This document shows, in pieces, positions 1 through 7,505 of a stretch of DNA of 27,095 nucleotides (position 1 is its first letter; each line of letters begins with the position of its first letter). The stretch is from a virus (taxonomy: Duplodnaviria > Caudoviricetes), in IMG/VR virus record IMGVR_UViG_3300048762_000473, positions 1-27,095 of that record; one strand, written 5' to 3'. Made by a program: the position numbers and the translations under genes. The notes beneath the pieces were generated by a model. It was given only the letters and a program-made list of their open reading frames with translations. It was not told where the DNA came from and did not search any database.

Positions 1-132
1 ATGAGTAACCTTATGGATTACCTGAATTTTATTCCGCATTTGATTGCTCGCTGTGCTTCAACGCAATTTTTGCTGTTGGCGATGGATTGTTGCCTTGAGT
101 TAGAGAACCTTCAATGTATGGAGGTTTCTTAG
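1..132 (+). CDS. Small hypothetical protein (43 aa)
   Basis: ATG at 1, open to TAG at 130-132 (MSNLMDYL...CMEVS); below the ORF-track cutoff; no recognisable motif. Confidence 0.3.
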   Translation: MSNLMDYLNFIPHLIARCASTQFLLLAMDCCLELENLQCMEVS

Positions 133-138
133 GTGAGT

Positions 139-300
139 ATGCAGTCTCTTGATGAGAAATGTTTGTGTTTGAAGTGTCCTTTTCGCCTCAGAAAAGATTG
201 CCTGCATTATCGTGATGTTTGTTTGGCGTTTCGCAGTTGTAGTGCCTGCCAAGACAACAACGAAGTTATGGTGTCCTGCGAGAAATTGGAGGTTTCTTGA
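139..300 (+). CDS. Small Cys-rich, putative metal-binding protein (53 aa)
   Basis: Hand translation MQSLDEKCLCLKCPFRLRKDCLHYRDVCLAFRSCSACQDNNEVMVSCEKLEVS has 8 Cys, including two CxxC; GGAGG/AGGTGA SD-like sequence just upstream. Confidence 0.55.
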   Translation: MQSLDEKCLCLKCPFRLRKDCLHYRDVCLAFRSCSACQDNNEVMVSCEKLEVS

Positions 301-417
301 TGTGGGGTTTTCATAGTAAATGGTCCACACTACGGGGTTTAGGTTCTATGTTCTTCATCAAGAGGCATGGAGAAAGCATGTTGCAGTGTCATATCTTATG
401 GTTAGGATGGGTGTAAT

Positions 418-681
418 TTGAGTGAAAAATGGAAAACGGAAAAAATTGGTGTTGTAGCCCTTTGCAGAATAAGCGCTAAAGGCGGTGAAGGCTTGTACTT
501 GTATATTCCCAAGAATTTCGCTGATGCCTACGGTATTTTGGGTGCGGAGTTTGCTGAGGTGCAGTTTAGGAAGCTTTTCAGGGCGAAGCCTTTGGATTCT
601 GAAGAAACGACTGGACCTGTTGATCTTAGATGTCGAAGCAAGAAAAAGGTAGAGGAAGAGGAGATAAAAGAAAATGAGTGA
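418..681 (+). CDS. AbrB/MazE/SpoVT-like swapped-hairpin DNA-binding protein
   Basis: GGEGLYLYIPKNFADAYGILGAEFAEV resembles the AbrB-type pattern G.Sl.i.IPk.ia..lgi..Gd.vev; acidic C-terminal tail; overlaps the next gene. Confidence 0.55.
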   Translation: MSEKWKTEKIGVVALCRISAKGGEGLYLYIPKNFADAYGILGAEFAEVQFRKLFRAKPLDSEETTGPVDLRCRSKKKVEEEEIKENE

Positions 682-1237
682 GAAGAAAACGACTTTGAGT
701 GTTCCGGCGGCTTATGTGCCTCTGCTAGAAGATATTCGATTGTTGAAGAGTGATGAGCAAAATCCTAATCGGACTACGGTTAAGCAGCGTGAGCAGATTT
801 GGAAGAGCCTCAGTAAATACGGCTGGACTTATCCTATCATCACGAATAAGGATGGTGTTTTTACGGATGGGGAGCAGCGTGCGGAGGTTCTTCGTGAGCA
901 TGGGGAGTTTTTTGCTCCGGTGCTTCGCCTAGACGTGGAAGATGTTGACCGGCGGATGCTTCGGCAGATTCTCAATAAACTCAAGGGTACTCATAACAAG
1001 GAGTTGGATGCGGCTGAGTTTAAGCGGATCGCGGAGCTGGGGCAGAAAGAGGACCTGAAGTTATTGTTGGCGTCTGTGGGTGAGAGGCTTCCGGATGATT
1101 TGAGCGGCAAGAAGGATTCGGTGACGGTTCCTGAGACTTGGGAGCTCATTATTGAATGCAAAGATGAGAGTGAACAGCAGCGGTTTTATGAGAAGTTGAA
1201 GACGGAGGGGTATAGGCTACGGATTTTGACATTGTAA
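674..1237 (+). CDS. ParB/Srx N-terminal domain protein
   Basis: NPN...KSLSKYGWTYPIITNKDGVFTDGEQR matches the ParB-N motif (NPn...SI..yG...Pi.v.....iDGehR); short C-terminal domain ECKDESEQQRFYEKLKTEGYRLRIL. Confidence 0.85.
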   Translation: MSEKKTTLSVPAAYVPLLEDIRLLKSDEQNPNRTTVKQREQIWKSLSKYGWTYPIITNKDGVFTDGEQRAEVLREHGEFFAPVLRLDVEDVDRRMLRQILNKLKGTHNKELDAAEFKRIAELGQKEDLKLLLASVGERLPDDLSGKKDSVTVPETWELIIECKDESEQQRFYEKLKTEGYRLRILTL

Positions 1238-1899
1238 AAACTTGGAGTCAAGCGGATAGTTTTCGAGCTCAAAGCGTGGTTGGCTCGTTTACGTTGTTGG
1301 ATGTGAAGTTGGAGAAGCGTATCAAGGGGTCTTTGCCGATTGAAGAGATGCCTTGGCAGGTAGGCGTAATTGTTGGGCGTAGCGGATCGGGCAAGAGTAG
1401 TATCGCTAAAGAATTGTTTCCTGAAGCATACATTCGTGCCTTCGAGTATAACAACAAAAGTATCCTGGATGATTTTCCCTCTGGATTGCAGACTGGGGAT
1501 ATTACTAAGGCATTGTCAAGTGTTGGCTTCGCTAGTCCACCGGATTGGCTCAAAAGTTACGATTGTCTTTCTCAGGGGGAGAAGATGCGGGTTGATATCG
1601 CTCGTGCGTTGTGCTTGGATAGGGACCTGATTGTCTTTGATGAGTTTACGAGTGTTGTTGATCGGGAGATTGCGAAGGTTTCTGCGTTTGCTATTGCTAA
1701 AGCGGTTCGCAGATCTAAGAAGCAGTTTATCGCTGTTACCTGCCATTATGATGTTGTTGATTGGCTTGAGCCCGATTGGGTGCTCTGTACGGATACGATG
1801 GAGTTTACGCGAAAAAAAGAAGCCGGCCGCCCGTTGAGCTCAAAGTTTATCGGTGCGGCTCTAATCTGTGGCAGATGTTTCGGCAGTATCACTATCTAA
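1219..1899 (+). CDS. Soluble ABC-family ATPase (start uncertain: frame open from 1216, first canonical start is GTG 1276)
   Basis: Walker A GRSGSGKS, signature LSQGEKMR, Walker B/D-loop IVFDEFTSVVD and H-loop VTCH; no neighbouring permease. Confidence 0.9.
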   Translation, partial: TDFDIVKTWSQADSFRAQSVVGSFTLLDVKLEKRIKGSLPIEEMPWQVGVIVGRSGSGKSSIAKELFPEAYIRAFEYNNKSILDDFPSGLQTGDITKALSSVGFASPPDWLKSYDCLSQGEKMRVDIARALCLDRDLIVFDEFTSVVDREIAKVSAFAIAKAVRRSKKQFIAVTCHYDVVDWLEPDWVLCTDTMEFTRKKEAGRPLSSKFIGAALICGRCFGSITI

Positions 1900-2303
1900 G
1901 CGGATCTATTGCTAAGGGTTCCAGGTGTTATGTTGCGGTGTATCAGGATAAGCCTGTTGGGTTCATTGCGGTTATGCATATTCATATGAAGAGTAGGTAT
2001 TTTCGGGTGCATCGGTTGGTGGTTTTGCCTGATTACCAGGGGATAGGCTTAGGGAAGAGATTGCTGAATTTTATAGCGGAGCTCTACACTTCGCAGGTAA
2101 AAGCGCCTTTCTACATTGTTACCAGTAACCCTCAGATTGTTCGGGGGAATTTGGATCGTTGGAGTGTTCGGCGGTATGGGCATGTGAAGCGTTCAGGAGA
2201 AGACACTCGCTTGAATAGTGAGATTAAAGCTAGTGTTAGTGCCAAGCGTATTAGTATAACTTTAGAGTATAAGCCGATTGTTGGGCAGGACTGTATTAAA
2301 TGA
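1812..2303 (+). CDS. GNAT acetyltransferase (Mom-like HY motif), probably translated as a -1 frameshift fusion to the ABC ATPase
   Basis: FRQYHYLS, CYVAVYQDKPVGFIAV and acetyl-CoA motif A RLVVLPDYQGIGLG; lies in the -1 frame and overlaps the ATPase 3' end from the A7 run at 1812-1818. Confidence 0.85.
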   Translation, partial: KKRSRPPVELKVYRCGSNLWQMFRQYHYLSGSIAKGSRCYVAVYQDKPVGFIAVMHIHMKSRYFRVHRLVVLPDYQGIGLGKRLLNFIAELYTSQVKAPFYIVTSNPQIVRGNLDRWSVRRYGHVKRSGEDTRLNSEIKASVSAKRISITLEYKPIVGQDCIK

Positions 2304-2342
2304 ATAAAATAGGAAAGAATTTTCCTACTGGAGAGAATATCT

Positions 2343-2852
2343 TTGAATGCTGAGCTTTTGAATAGACGTGAAACTTTGCTCAAGTATATGGTTAAGGGTT
2401 CTAAGCTTCAGGTTGTTGCGGAGGAGATGACGAAGGATATTTCTGATTTAGTTGAACGTGAAAAACAGATTGCTGTGATTCGTCGAGACTGGGGCAACCG
2501 TAAACACTGGATGACTAATGTTGTGCGTCTTCAGGATGAGTCATTTTTGGCTGAGTTGATTGCTGGGATGAATGAGGCTATGAAGCATTGTTGGATTGAG
2601 GGGTTGCGGGAGAAGAATAATGCTTCTGTTCGTGTGGCTGCTTTGCGTTCGATTATTATGGGGGAGTCAAGGGTTGGTTTGTTGTTGATGAAGGCGGGGG
2701 TTATTCAGGTGGCGCCGCAGCAGATTGAGTCGAATGTGACGATTGCGGGGACTCCGTTTGATGTGGATCCTGAGTTTAGACGTTTGTTGCTAGCTGAATC
2801 TGAGCGTCAGCGGCTTGAGAAAGCGGGGCAAAATGTCAAGTCTCAGTCTTGA
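2343..2852 (+). CDS. Probable terminase small subunit (N-terminal HTH-like, helical)
   Basis: Lies immediately upstream of and overlaps TerL; 169 aa and helical. Assignment is mainly positional. Confidence 0.55.
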   Translation: MNAELLNRRETLLKYMVKGSKLQVVAEEMTKDISDLVEREKQIAVIRRDWGNRKHWMTNVVRLQDESFLAELIAGMNEAMKHCWIEGLREKNNASVRVAALRSIIMGESRVGLLLMKAGVIQVAPQQIESNVTIAGTPFDVDPEFRRLLLAESERQRLEKAGQNVKSQS

Positions 2853-4101
2853 AAAGACTATTCCTGGCGAGAATAGTTTACTTTATTGCCCGACGCCTAA
2901 GCAGTTTATGTTTCATGCTGGTCGCGGAGTGTATTATGAGCGGGCTGCTTTGTGTGGGGGTGGCGCTGGAAAAACTATTTGCGGGTTGTTTGAGGATATT
3001 CGTTGGGCTCTTGATTATCCTGGATCTGTAGGAGTTATTACTGAGCCTTCTTACCCGATGGTGCGCCTCAACATTATTCCAGCGTTGGAATCAAAGTATC
3101 TGTTGGGGTGTGCGTTTCCTTTTACACGTCACCCATACATTGCTAATTTTAGTCGACTTGAGATGCGCCTTGATTGGAAGAATGGTTCGCAGTGGTGGTT
3201 TCGCAGCTGGGATAATCCTGAGTCGATGGAAGGCGCAAACATTGATTATATTCACCTAGACGAGGCAAGGTTGATCCTGCATTTGGATACTGCTTTGTTG
3301 ACGGCTAAGCGTCGGCTCCGCGGATCTGGAAGGTGCAAGGTTCCCATTAATCCTGCTCTGTGGATAACGACGACGACTGACAAGTTGTTGAGTGTCTTGT
3401 TTAATGAGTTGGAGAATCCGTTGACTAAGAATCCGGAGTCGAAGATTTATCGTTGGAGTATTTTTGATAACCCATTTTTGCCTAAGGCCTTCATTGACGC
3501 GATAGTTCAAAGTCACACCGGAGGTCTTGCTGAACGCTTCGTGTATGGTAGGTTTGCGAATGTTGGTGCTGGGAGTTTTCCGTTTGATACTTCTGTGCAT
3601 GTTCGGGATCAATCTGATAAGCGGTTGTTTCGTGATGTCCGTTACGGTGTGGATTTTGGCTGGACTAATCAGTCTGCGATTGTGGTTTTGGCATATGATT
3701 ATGATGGGCGGGTGTGGGTGCTTGATGAGTTTTATAAGACGCAGTGTTCAGCTGAGGATTTGATTGCTGTTCTGCAGAAGTTTTTTGGGTTGTATGGGCG
3801 GGGTGAGATTTGGTGTGATAAGTCTGAGCCTGAGTCTATTGTGAAGATGCAGCGGGCGTGTTTGCCTGCTCAGGCTTATCCGCATAGGCGTGAGGATGGG
3901 ATTCGTGAGTTGGGTGCCAGGTTTCCTAAGGCGGGGGATGGGTTGCCCAGGTTGTTCATTTCGCATCGTTGCATAAACCTAATATCAGAACTTTTGGAGT
4001 ACAAGGTTGATGTTAAAGAACGTGATCATGCAGTTGATGCGTTGCGGTATGCGTTGAAGTTGCAGGTTACGGCGCCTTTGGGGGCATTTAGGTTTGGGTG
4101 A
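2833..4101 (+). CDS. terL: Terminase large subunit (PBSX/SPP1-like)
   Basis: Walker A GGGAGKT, Walker B YIHLDEA, coupling motif TTT, DNPFL, RNase H-like GVDFGWTN and C-terminal DHAVDALRYA. ATG 2833 is preferred over TTG 2815. Confidence 0.95.
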   Translation: MSSLSLEKTIPGENSLLYCPTPKQFMFHAGRGVYYERAALCGGGAGKTICGLFEDIRWALDYPGSVGVITEPSYPMVRLNIIPALESKYLLGCAFPFTRHPYIANFSRLEMRLDWKNGSQWWFRSWDNPESMEGANIDYIHLDEARLILHLDTALLTAKRRLRGSGRCKVPINPALWITTTTDKLLSVLFNELENPLTKNPESKIYRWSIFDNPFLPKAFIDAIVQSHTGGLAERFVYGRFANVGAGSFPFDTSVHVRDQSDKRLFRDVRYGVDFGWTNQSAIVVLAYDYDGRVWVLDEFYKTQCSAEDLIAVLQKFFGLYGRGEIWCDKSEPESIVKMQRACLPAQAYPHRREDGIRELGARFPKAGDGLPRLFISHRCINLISELLEYKVDVKERDHAVDALRYALKLQVTAPLGAFRFG

Positions 4102-4111
4102 CCTTGTTTTA

Positions 4112-4130
4112 AGCAATAAAACTCTTAAGT
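4112..4130 (+). promoter_or_regulatory. Late-promoter motif copy 1 (GCAATAA + CTTAAGT)
   Basis: AGCAATAAAACTCTTAAGT, intergenic, upstream of ORF 4181; matches the repeated motif. Confidence 0.6.
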
Positions 4131-4180
4131 GGATTTTTTGAGTATTGGAGTATTAACATCCTCTTGATGGGCGGGAATGT

Positions 4181-4546
4181 TTGTTGAGTGACAGTAAAAG
4201 ACATTCTATAACACAAGGCGAATGCACCGCAAGACATAAAGAAACTGATGCACGCATCTCAGAAATGAAGGATGACTTACGTTTAATTAAATCTGCGTTG
4301 GTTGGCACGGACTTGCGTGGGGGACTTGTTAATCAAGTAAATACTTTGGCGGATCGTCTTGGAGACATTGTTGTAACTCAAAAAGTAACTGATGATAGAC
4401 GAACCAAACTTCAAACTGAAGAGAAGACATTGAAAGAAAAAACTAAAGATATGCGGGATGATATCATAGCACGCTATAAGATAGCGGTAATCGGAATTTT
4501 GGGGACACTTATTGGTATTATCCTCAATCACTTTCTGAATCTTTAA
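4181..4546 (+). CDS. Coiled-coil protein with a single C-terminal transmembrane helix (holin/XhlA-like architecture)
   Basis: Charged helical N-terminus followed by hydrophobic IAVIGILGTLIGIILNHFL at the C-terminus. Confidence 0.6.
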   Translation: MLSDSKRHSITQGECTARHKETDARISEMKDDLRLIKSALVGTDLRGGLVNQVNTLADRLGDIVVTQKVTDDRRTKLQTEEKTLKEKTKDMRDDIIARYKIAVIGILGTLIGIILNHFLNL

Positions 4547-4568
4547 AATTTAAAAAAGGCTGTATAAA

Positions 4569-4886
4569 ATGAAAATGTTCAAGTTAGGGATAAACAAAAA
4601 AACGTTTAGTTTGCAGTTTCCAGAAGTGACGGTTACTCTCGTGGAGATTGAGCGTTTCCGCGAACAGTTGGCCCTGTTTGATTGTCCAAGTTGCGGCGAG
4701 AAGGCTTTGAAGCTTGTATCTTATGTTCAGGGACCTACCGGGTGGAGTTCAACTTTCTTTTGTACTTCCTGCGATACTCGAGGGGAACTTAACAGTGATG
4801 GCTTCAGTGTTGAGTTAACCGAGGCTAAGAAGGAACCTCAAGAAGAGGAGCCCAAACCTAAACAGAGAAGGGAGATTAAGAAGTAA
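4569..4886 (+). CDS. Zn-ribbon protein
   Basis: CPSC...CTSC pair; the stop overlaps the portal ATG (TAATG). Confidence 0.7.
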   Translation: MKMFKLGINKKTFSLQFPEVTVTLVEIERFREQLALFDCPSCGEKALKLVSYVQGPTGWSSTFFCTSCDTRGELNSDGFSVELTEAKKEPQEEEPKPKQRREIKK

Positions 4887-6802
4887 TGTCGACGGGTTTT
4901 AAATCTGCGTTAGATGGAAAAGAAATTCTTTCAGTTAAGGAGCTTAGGAAACGGTTTGCTGCTGACGTTGGGGAGTCGACAAATTATGATTCTATTGCTT
5001 TCTCAACTTTAAGGAATCCAACTACTAGGGGCTTGTTTGGCAGTAAAATTGATGATCGCGAATTGTTGTTTGCTGTTCAACGTGAGCCCGCTGCGTTCCG
5101 CATTGTTTTTGGTGTGGCTAAGGATACGCTTGATAATTGGTTCACCGTCGAGTTAATCGGTAAAGATGATAAAGGAGCAACTAACGAGAAGGTTCAGAAG
5201 GAACTTACGCGGCTGCAGGCTAAGTGGAAGTTTATTAAGCTGTTAACGTTGAAGCGTCTTTTTGGCTATTCTATTCTGATTAAGGGGTACAAAGATGACG
5301 CTGCTAAACTTGAGAATGAATTAACTGATAAAACAGCGCAAATTGCCTACATTGAGCCCTATTCGAAACTTGAGATTAACCGTTTCATAGATGTGGATGA
5401 TCCTGAAGATGAGCGAGATGGTTACCCTAATTTCTATGTTATGAAGAAATCTGCGGGGCTTGTCAGTAACCAAGTTAAAGTTCACTATTCACGCGGTATT
5501 TTGTGTTCTTCGTTGGTTGTGGATCACCGCTATTTAGGCTGGAGTGTTCTGCAGGCCTTGTATGATGACATTACGGGTTACCGTTACATGCGCTATGGGT
5601 TTTATCAAACGATTATTCGTTACGGCAGCGGGTTCCCTGATGTGACGTTGATGGGTCCTGAAGCTGACCAAAAAGCCATAAATGCCTTCATTGCGTCGGG
5701 TCAATTTGATAATTTGAATGGCATGAAGTATTTTGTCCATAATGAACAACAGAAACTTGAATTCAAAGGGTTTGCCGCTGCAACACTAAACCCAATTAAT
5801 TATTATCAGATAGCATTGGAAACTTTGAGTATGGGCTCAGGTATTCCTGAGCCTGTTTTGAAGGGTAGCCAGGCGGGGGCAATCACCGGATCCGAAATCA
5901 ATGAGCGTGCATACTTTAAAGTTATTAGTGATGAGCAGACAGATTTTGAGCAGGTTATTCGGGATCTTGTAGATTCAATTTTGCTGTACCTGAATTTGAG
6001 CACTGAAGAGGAGCCGTTGGATTACAAGATTGTGTGGAAGCCAAGTTATGAGCCTACCCAGAAAGAGAAGGCTGAACTGGATTTCTTGAATGCTCAGACT
6101 GCTGAAAAAGAATTGCTCTGCAAAACAGTTGATGAAGTCCGCAAGGATCGCTTTAAACTGCCTGCGTTGCCTGATAAAGCTGGGGCAGTCGTGATAGGCT
6201 TAGCGAAGCCTTCTCAGCCTCAGGGGCAAGGTGTTAACCCGTTTAATCCGGATGGAACACCGAAGTCGCCTCAGCAGATAGCCGATGAACAAGCGGCTTT
6301 AGATGCTCAGCAAACGGGTCAACCTCAAAGTTCACCTGTTAAACCTGCTGTGGCTCATACGAAACAGGAGTCTCCTCCTCAGCCTGGATCTGATGCTTCA
6401 GAAGTTGCGGTTGTCGTAGCGGAAAAAAAAAGTAAACCTGAATCTGTTGACGAGAAGAGTATAAGCCGTACGTTGCCGATGCTGATGCGCGAACTCGGGT
6501 TAGCGGTAATGGGTAAGACTGCAGACGGAGACCCGAGATCAGAGGGACCGATGTCACGGTCCGAAGCTTCTGTGCGTGGAAAAAACATGATTGTTGAGTA
6601 TGCAAGGCTTGAAGAGGAACAGGCCTTGTTATGGGTTAAGCATAAGTCTGGTTTTCCTGGGGTAGTTGTGGTTCCTCCGGAGATGAAGCGTAAACTTGCG
6701 GATCAACATAAGCGGTTTTTATCGGATCTTGACGGGATGCTTTTGGATGCTGAGGCTGTTTTCAAAAAGAAATCTGCTCCAGTTGCTAGTGGTGCTGCTT
6801 AA
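4886..6802 (+). CDS. Portal protein (DUF1073-type) with a long C-terminal extension
   Basis: Follows TerL; motifs RLFGYSIL, VHYSR, GWSVLQ, GIPEPVLKGSQAGAITGSE...YF..I...Q and TVDEVR; then a Q/P-rich linker and an extra helical domain. Confidence 0.88.
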   Translation: MSTGFKSALDGKEILSVKELRKRFAADVGESTNYDSIAFSTLRNPTTRGLFGSKIDDRELLFAVQREPAAFRIVFGVAKDTLDNWFTVELIGKDDKGATNEKVQKELTRLQAKWKFIKLLTLKRLFGYSILIKGYKDDAAKLENELTDKTAQIAYIEPYSKLEINRFIDVDDPEDERDGYPNFYVMKKSAGLVSNQVKVHYSRGILCSSLVVDHRYLGWSVLQALYDDITGYRYMRYGFYQTIIRYGSGFPDVTLMGPEADQKAINAFIASGQFDNLNGMKYFVHNEQQKLEFKGFAAATLNPINYYQIALETLSMGSGIPEPVLKGSQAGAITGSEINERAYFKVISDEQTDFEQVIRDLVDSILLYLNLSTEEEPLDYKIVWKPSYEPTQKEKAELDFLNAQTAEKELLCKTVDEVRKDRFKLPALPDKAGAVVIGLAKPSQPQGQGVNPFNPDGTPKSPQQIADEQAALDAQQTGQPQSSPVKPAVAHTKQESPPQPGSDASEVAVVVAEKKSKPESVDEKSISRTLPMLMRELGLAVMGKTADGDPRSEGPMSRSEASVRGKNMIVEYARLEEEQALLWVKHKSGFPGVVVVPPEMKRKLADQHKRFLSDLDGMLLDAEAVFKKKSAPVASGAA

Positions 6803-6948
6803 TGCCTGAAGAAAATAAAACCTTAAGCCTTTTTCATCCTGCAGAGTTAACCGTAAATGAAGAGGGCAAAAAAATAATAGTTTGGTTTACATCGAAACAA
6901 GACCGAGAAATATTCCAAAAACTAATTCAAAGGATAAGAGAATCTTGA
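6802..6948 (+). CDS. Small hypothetical protein (48 aa)
   Basis: MPEENKTLSLFHPAELTVNEEGKKIIVWFTSKQDREIFQKLIQRIRES; coupled on both sides (TAATG with the portal, TTGA with the next gene); not in the ORF track. Confidence 0.6.
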   Translation: MPEENKTLSLFHPAELTVNEEGKKIIVWFTSKQDREIFQKLIQRIRES

Positions 6949-7505
6949 CTGAGCAGGCCGTTGACGGGGTTGTTGTTGATTATTGGCAATCTCAAGATGG
7001 TATTCTAGATCGTTTTAGTATGCTTGCGGAGGATGTGCAGCTTGGGACTTTTAATGGCGCCGTCAAAGTTTATGGGACTGCCTATGGGGTAACAGACTTC
7101 ACTATTAGCGGAGACTTGAAAGCCACAAGTTGTGAGTGGTGTGTTTCTCATGTTGGCGTCACTTATCATCGTGGACAGTTTATGCCAGATTTGCCCCGGC
7201 ACCCCAAATGCCCGCATTTTTATGATATTACACGTGTTGGTGAAGACCCGCAGGTTGCGCAGGAAAAAGCGTTTTTCGAAGCGATGAAGAGCGCTATAAA
7301 TGATTGGTATCAACGGGCATTAGATTTCAATGCTGTTGGCTACATGAAAAATATCGTTAGTACCTTCACCTATGAGGTTCAAGACATCATTAGTAGTCCT
7401 TCTTTTTGGAAGTTGTCGCTTGAGAATCAGTCTAAGATTAATGCGCTTATAGTTGAGTTGACTGCCCAGCTTGAGAAGGTAACGGGAGAAAAGCTTTCTC
7501 TATGA
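6945..7505 (+). CDS. MuF/SPP1 gp7-like minor head protein
   Basis: TSCEWC...G..Y...PDLPRHPKCPH resembles the MuF C..C...P.HPnCRC motif; located after the portal. TTG 6945 is preferred as start because it is coupled to the upstream stop. Confidence 0.75.
   Translation: MTEQAVDGVVVDYWQSQDGILDRFSMLAEDVQLGTFNGAVKVYGTAYGVTDFTISGDLKATSCEWCVSHVGVTYHRGQFMPDLPRHPKCPHFYDITRVGEDPQVAQEKAFFEAMKSAINDWYQRALDFNAVGYMKNIVSTFTYEVQDIISSPSFWKLSLENQSKINALIVELTAQLEKVTGEKLSL

Noticed and set aside
1276-1899. ABC transporter subunit
   Set aside because: No permease or binding protein nearby; it is linked instead to GNAT and ParB genes.
4886-6802. Anti-CBASS Acb1 label sometimes attached to DUF1073 proteins
   Set aside because: No pair of HxT/S 2H-phosphoesterase motifs was recognised in the extension; position and motifs indicate a portal.
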